64,000 nucleotides of DNA. It comes from Candidatus Poribacteria bacterium (lineage in GTDB: Bacteria; Poribacteria; WGA-4E; PCPOR2b). Positions 61,663 through 64,000 of the stretch are shown here, piece after piece. A program made the position numbers and the translations under genes. Numbering within the stretch: the stretch's first letter is position 1; every line of letters starts with the position of its first letter. The DNA lies in assembly GCA_965116925.1 (NCBI GenBank), contig OZ220744.1, positions 2,720,001 to 2,784,000 on the forward strand. The letters run 5' to 3'. Under the pieces are notes generated by a model that saw only the letters and a list, made by a program, of their open reading frames with translations, had not been told where the DNA came from and did not search any database.

Positions 61663-61727
61663 ATTATTAGTAATAATTCCTATTACTGATAGATAGAATT
61701 ATACCAAAAAGGAATTGGATAGGTCAA
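61663..61727 (-). promoter_or_regulatory. Sigma70 promoter with downstream Fur/Per-box-like palindromes
   Basis: TTGACC-18 nt-TATAAT (61727..61698). ATTATTA-G-TAATAAT (61663..61677) overlaps AGTAATA-N5-TATTACT (61669..61687). Confidence 0.72.
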
Positions 61728-61886
61728 GTTAAAAATGTTTTTTTTATTATGAAAAGGATATTGGGTTCCATGGACATTCTGTTGTCGAGATATGAATCTT
61801 GACCTACAGGATACTTGCTCGTTTTGGGCGTGGTGGGAGGGTCGGGCAAGATGCCCGACCTATGTGTTCTCAAATGTCAACACGCC

Positions 61887-62951
61887 CTAGACGAGCGCGC
61901 TTACCACAGCATCCCCGACCTGTGAGGTGGTGGCTTGACCGTCGAGGTCCGGCGGTCGGGTTTCGCCCTTTTCGACTACGTTTAATACGGCTGCGTCGAT
62001 CGTGTCTGCTGCTTCCGTCTCGCCGACGAAGCGCAGCATCATGGAACCGGAGACAATCGCCGCCAACGGATTGGCGATACCTTGCCCCATAATGTCCGGA
62101 GCACTGCCATGAACCGGCTCGAACATTGAGGGAAATCGGCGTTGCGGATCGAGATTGCCACTCGGTGCCAGTCCCATGCTTCCGCTGATAATCGCGCCGA
62201 TGTCCGTGAGGATATCGCCAAACAGGTTGCTAGCGACCACCACATCGAAGTCCTCCGGCCTGCGGACAAAATCCATACATGCCGCGTCCACAAGCAGCGA
62301 TTCTGTCTCTATATCGGGATACTTCTCTGCCACACGCTCGAAGGCGGTATCCCATACAATCATGCCGTAACCTTGCGCGTTTGACTTGGTAACTGAAGTA
62401 ACTTTGCGTTTCTTGTTTCGTGCGCGCGCTTGCTCGAAGGCGTAGGTGATGACGCGCTCGCTGCCGTGACGGGTAAATACGCCGACCTGTACGCCAATCT
62501 CTTCGGGGAACCCTTGGTACTGAAACCCACCGACGTTGGCATATTCGCCCTCTGTGTTCTCCCGTATCACTACCAGATCGATGTCCCAAGGTTCTTTATC
62601 CTTGAGCGGTGCGTTGATACCGGGATAGAGGACGTTGGGTCGCTCGCAGACGTACTGATCGAATCTGCGCCGGATCGGCAGTAGAAGCCCGTTGAGTGTC
62701 AGATGGTCTTGGATGTCGGGGTGCCCGACTGCGCCGAGATAGATCTGGTCGAATTCTGCCAATATATCAAGGGCATCGGGTGGCATCATGTGCCCATGCT
62801 CGAAGTAGTAGTCTGAACCCCAAGGGAACTCAACAAAATCCCATGTGATGTCGTACCTGTCGGCGATGGTGTTGAGGACCTTGAGACCTTCTTCCATCAC
62901 CTCGATCCCAATTCCATCGCCTCGAATTACTGCAATTTTGTATTTAGCCAT
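61887..62951 (-). CDS. Tartrate/D-malate dehydrogenase-like beta-decarboxylating dehydrogenase
   Basis: GDGIG.EV, RENTEGEY, TKSNA, NLFGDILTD and EPVHGSAPDI. Confidence 0.88.
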   Translation of the reverse strand: MAKYKIAVIRGDGIGIEVMEEGLKVLNTIADRYDITWDFVEFPWGSDYYFEHGHMMPPDALDILAEFDQIYLGAVGHPDIQDHLTLNGLLLPIRRRFDQYVCERPNVLYPGINAPLKDKEPWDIDLVVIRENTEGEYANVGGFQYQGFPEEIGVQVGVFTRHGSERVITYAFEQARARNKKRKVTSVTKSNAQGYGMIVWDTAFERVAEKYPDIETESLLVDAACMDFVRRPEDFDVVVASNLFGDILTDIGAIISGSMGLAPSGNLDPQRRFPSMFEPVHGSAPDIMGQGIANPLAAIVSGSMMLRFVGETEAADTIDAAVLNVVEKGETRPPDLDGQATTSQVGDAVVSALV

Positions 62952-63012
62952 ATTTGTCCTTTCTGATGTTGGTTCATTGGTTCATTGATCTATTGGTGCC
63001 TCATTGCTATGC

Positions 63013-63087
63013 ACATTGCGCTCCTCTGGAGCGCGTGGATTTGCCACATTGTCATTCTATAAACATTGCGCTCCTCTGGAGCGCGTG
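63013..63087. repeat. Two 25-bp direct repeats with internal hairpin
   Basis: ACATTGCGCTCCTCTGGAGCGCGTG at 63013 and 63063. Confidence 0.85.
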
Positions 63088-63116
63088 TTTCTGCTGCAGC
63101 TTACTTGGCTGGTGTA

Positions 63117-64000
63117 TTAAGAAGTGGTAAAGTCGTTCAATAGTTTCAATGCTGCGTCCACCATTTGGCCGCCGGCGTCGGGTGCGAGATAGCTGCTCCG
63201 CGCTAGCCATGTCTCATAGCCGCCGTGTTCATGCCCAAGTGGAGTTGGGACATAACCGGTGTAGTCGTTGGCGAGTTCGATGATAAATGTCGGGTCGAGC
63301 GGTGAGGCAGCCTTGAGATCAATACCGAATTGACAGAAGATCTCTCCCGTCAGCGCGGCCACTCCACAATCTCCGATGCGGAAGGCTTGGATCGGTGTCC
63401 TACGGGTATCTTCCCACTCGTTGACGAGGATCCGTTCACGTGCGTAGAGTTCATCAACAGTCGGATCATCGCTGGCGTTCCCCCATTTTGCTTCGTATTC
63501 GGCGAGTTCTGCGCTGGTCGGTTTCCGTATGCCGCATGTGATTTGCGTCTGCGCCGCCGAGAGCTCTATATCATCGTCCATCGGGGTGGTTTGCCACGTC
63601 CGCCACACCTCTGCTGCAACTATCCGAGCGACCTTTCGTGTCTGTACAAAGGGACGTCGATCCATCGGCGGGTGATGGACATTGATGTTATTGATGTCGC
63701 CGGAGCAACCGTTGGAGAGCATCGCAACAAAGTCCGTGCCTGCTGTCCGTTGAAGTTCTTCGGCAAACAGCCCGAAATAGTCTGCCGAGATCATGTGTCC
63801 TGGCGCACCGACATAGTGTAGGGCATAGTTGGCGAGAACGGCTATCGGTTCACCATCAACCGTCTCAACGAAGAGCGCGGCGATATCCGGATCGGTGGGC
63901 CCGACGGTTTCAATGATGTCGGGATTGTTATACCCCGGATTCATCTTCACCGTGCCATCTTTCATGCGGAACCGCCGGTTGAACACGCATCGTGGCTCTT
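63117..64000 (-). CDS. Neutral/alkaline ceramidase-like hydrolase, C-terminal part (runs off window)
   Basis: GPTDP, NYALH, SADY, NGCSGDIN, GEIF, LANDY.GYVP and GGYE motifs. Confidence 0.7.
   Translation of the reverse strand, partial: EPRCVFNRRFRMKDGTVKMNPGYNNPDIIETVGPTDPDIAALFVETVDGEPIAVLANYALHYVGAPGHMISADYFGLFAEELQRTAGTDFVAMLSNGCSGDINNINVHHPPMDRRPFVQTRKVARIVAAEVWRTWQTTPMDDDIELSAAQTQITCGIRKPTSAELAEYEAKWGNASDDPTVDELYARERILVNEWEDTRRTPIQAFRIGDCGVAALTGEIFCQFGIDLKAASPLDPTFIIELANDYTGYVPTPLGHEHGGYETWLARSSYLAPDAGGQMVDAALKLLNDFTTS

Noticed and set aside
63013..63087. Two 25-bp hairpin repeats with a 25-nt spacer, resembling a mini-CRISPR
   Set aside because: Only two units, no cas genes and no leader; fits a REP-like repeat better.

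Overview
Bacterial chromosomal window, almost entirely minus-strand. It is probably from Candidatus Poribacteria or a similar lineage; this is an inference from the WD40/dockerin/FlgD-Ig protein array, inositol genes and dense intergenic repeats. Left part: an inositol locus (iolD, iolC, HpcH-type aldolase) split by a sigma54-driven array of four secreted WD40 proteins and a fused MNT-HEPN gene. Next come a Ser/Thr kinase, eda, a dual-domain PTPS-folE-SDR pterin operon, rhodanese, hydantoinase A, recA, a Fe-ADH, an ankyrin protein and a plant-type FNR. Centre (33.1-50.0 kb): an uncharacterised operon encoding a ~2470-aa LysM/degenerate-M28/FtsX membrane protein, two OPT-like paralogues, a PqqD/RRE protein and an ABC ATPase, divergent from an XRE + ImmA/IrrE pair. 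Right part: two cassettes (124-aa secreted protein + membrane-anchored partner), each behind a copy of a structured RNA leader with a complementary terminator; a third, orphan copy is also present. The window ends with a Fur/PerR-katG cluster. Several MITE/REP families occur, one with 8-bp target-site duplications. No rRNA, tRNA or CRISPR array was seen. All calls were made by eye; no database searches were run.
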